Source: Candidatus Altimarinota bacterium (GTDB taxonomy: Bacteria; Patescibacteriota; Gracilibacteria; UBA1369). From it: 32,000 bases of DNA. The notes beneath the pieces were generated by a model. It saw only the letters and a list, made by a program, of their open reading frames with translations. It had not been told where the DNA came from and searched no databases. Within the stretch, counting starts at the first letter, position 1. Every line of letters begins with the position of its first letter. Shown piece by piece: positions 31,930-32,000 of this stretch. The stretch spans positions 1-32,000 of the forward strand of contig JBAZYK010000009.1 of assembly GCA_041659405.1 (NCBI GenBank). The letters are read 5' to 3'. Both the position numbers and the translations under genes were made by a program.

Positions 31930-32000
31930 CTAATTCAATTTCACCAACTGCATCAAAATTGCCGCAACTTGTCCGCGAGTGATTGAAACATTTGGATCAT
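31930..32000 (-). CDS. 3' end of an ORF that continues beyond the window
   Basis: The minus-strand frame reads ...DPNVSITRGQVAAILMQLVKLN, then TAG (31932-31930). The open frame runs to the window edge. The last residues resemble an SLH-type segment, but this is too short to call. Confidence 0.25.
   Translation of the reverse strand, partial: DPNVSITRGQVAAILMQLVKLN

Noticed and set aside
1-32000. Possibility of a recoded genetic code (UGA as a sense codon, as in some CPR lineages), CRISPR arrays, IS elements or prophage genes
   Set aside because: Long conserved ORFs terminate cleanly at TGA (for example carB and phd) and align end-to-end with homologues under the standard code. I saw no short regularly spaced repeats, transposase, integrase or phage structural genes.

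Overview
This is a 32-kb, AT-rich (about 40% GC by eye), tightly packed bacterial chromosomal segment that reads cleanly with the standard genetic code. Most genes are housekeeping. They include RNase Y, a thioredoxin-reductase-like flavoprotein, VanW, a TPR protein, DNA pol III delta', a MurF-like ligase, cyclophilin and acylphosphatase. Also present are the infC-rpmI-rplT operon (infC needs a non-canonical ATT start), a MEP-pathway cluster (dxr, ispDF fusion, ispE), recR, folE, carB, queG, a two-subunit 2-oxoacid:ferredoxin oxidoreductase, a DUF721/DciA-like protein and a GT4 glycosyltransferase. The right-hand ~4 kb around a tRNA-Asp(GUC) looks accessory. It holds a RelE/Phd pair, a DinJ-like/putative-toxin pair with a palindromic operator, an FGase-family hydrolase, an SdpI-family membrane protein and a YgjP/M48 metallopeptidase. 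Short genes, fused enzymes and near absence of Shine-Dalgarno motifs fit a reduced-genome lineage such as Patescibacteria/CPR, but that is inference only. The most unusual signal is non-coding: three same-orientation copies (355-492, 9782-9924, 18762-18938) of an intergenic element. Each has a ~85-nt GC-rich conserved core closed by a 26-29 bp perfectly paired stem. The stem sequence differs between copies, and every substitution is compensated on the other arm. I do not recognise this element. Two further long hairpins with AT-rich arms and unrelated GC-rich cores (15869-15952, 26595-26742) sit between co-directional genes. Other points worth follow-up are an orphan 693-aa protein with a PPDK-type ATP-grasp plus swivel-His domain but no PEP/pyruvate barrel, a TrxR homologue lacking the NADPH-binding HRR motif, and the GC-rich structured first ~300 nt of the window. 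No CRISPR array, integrase or transposase is visible.
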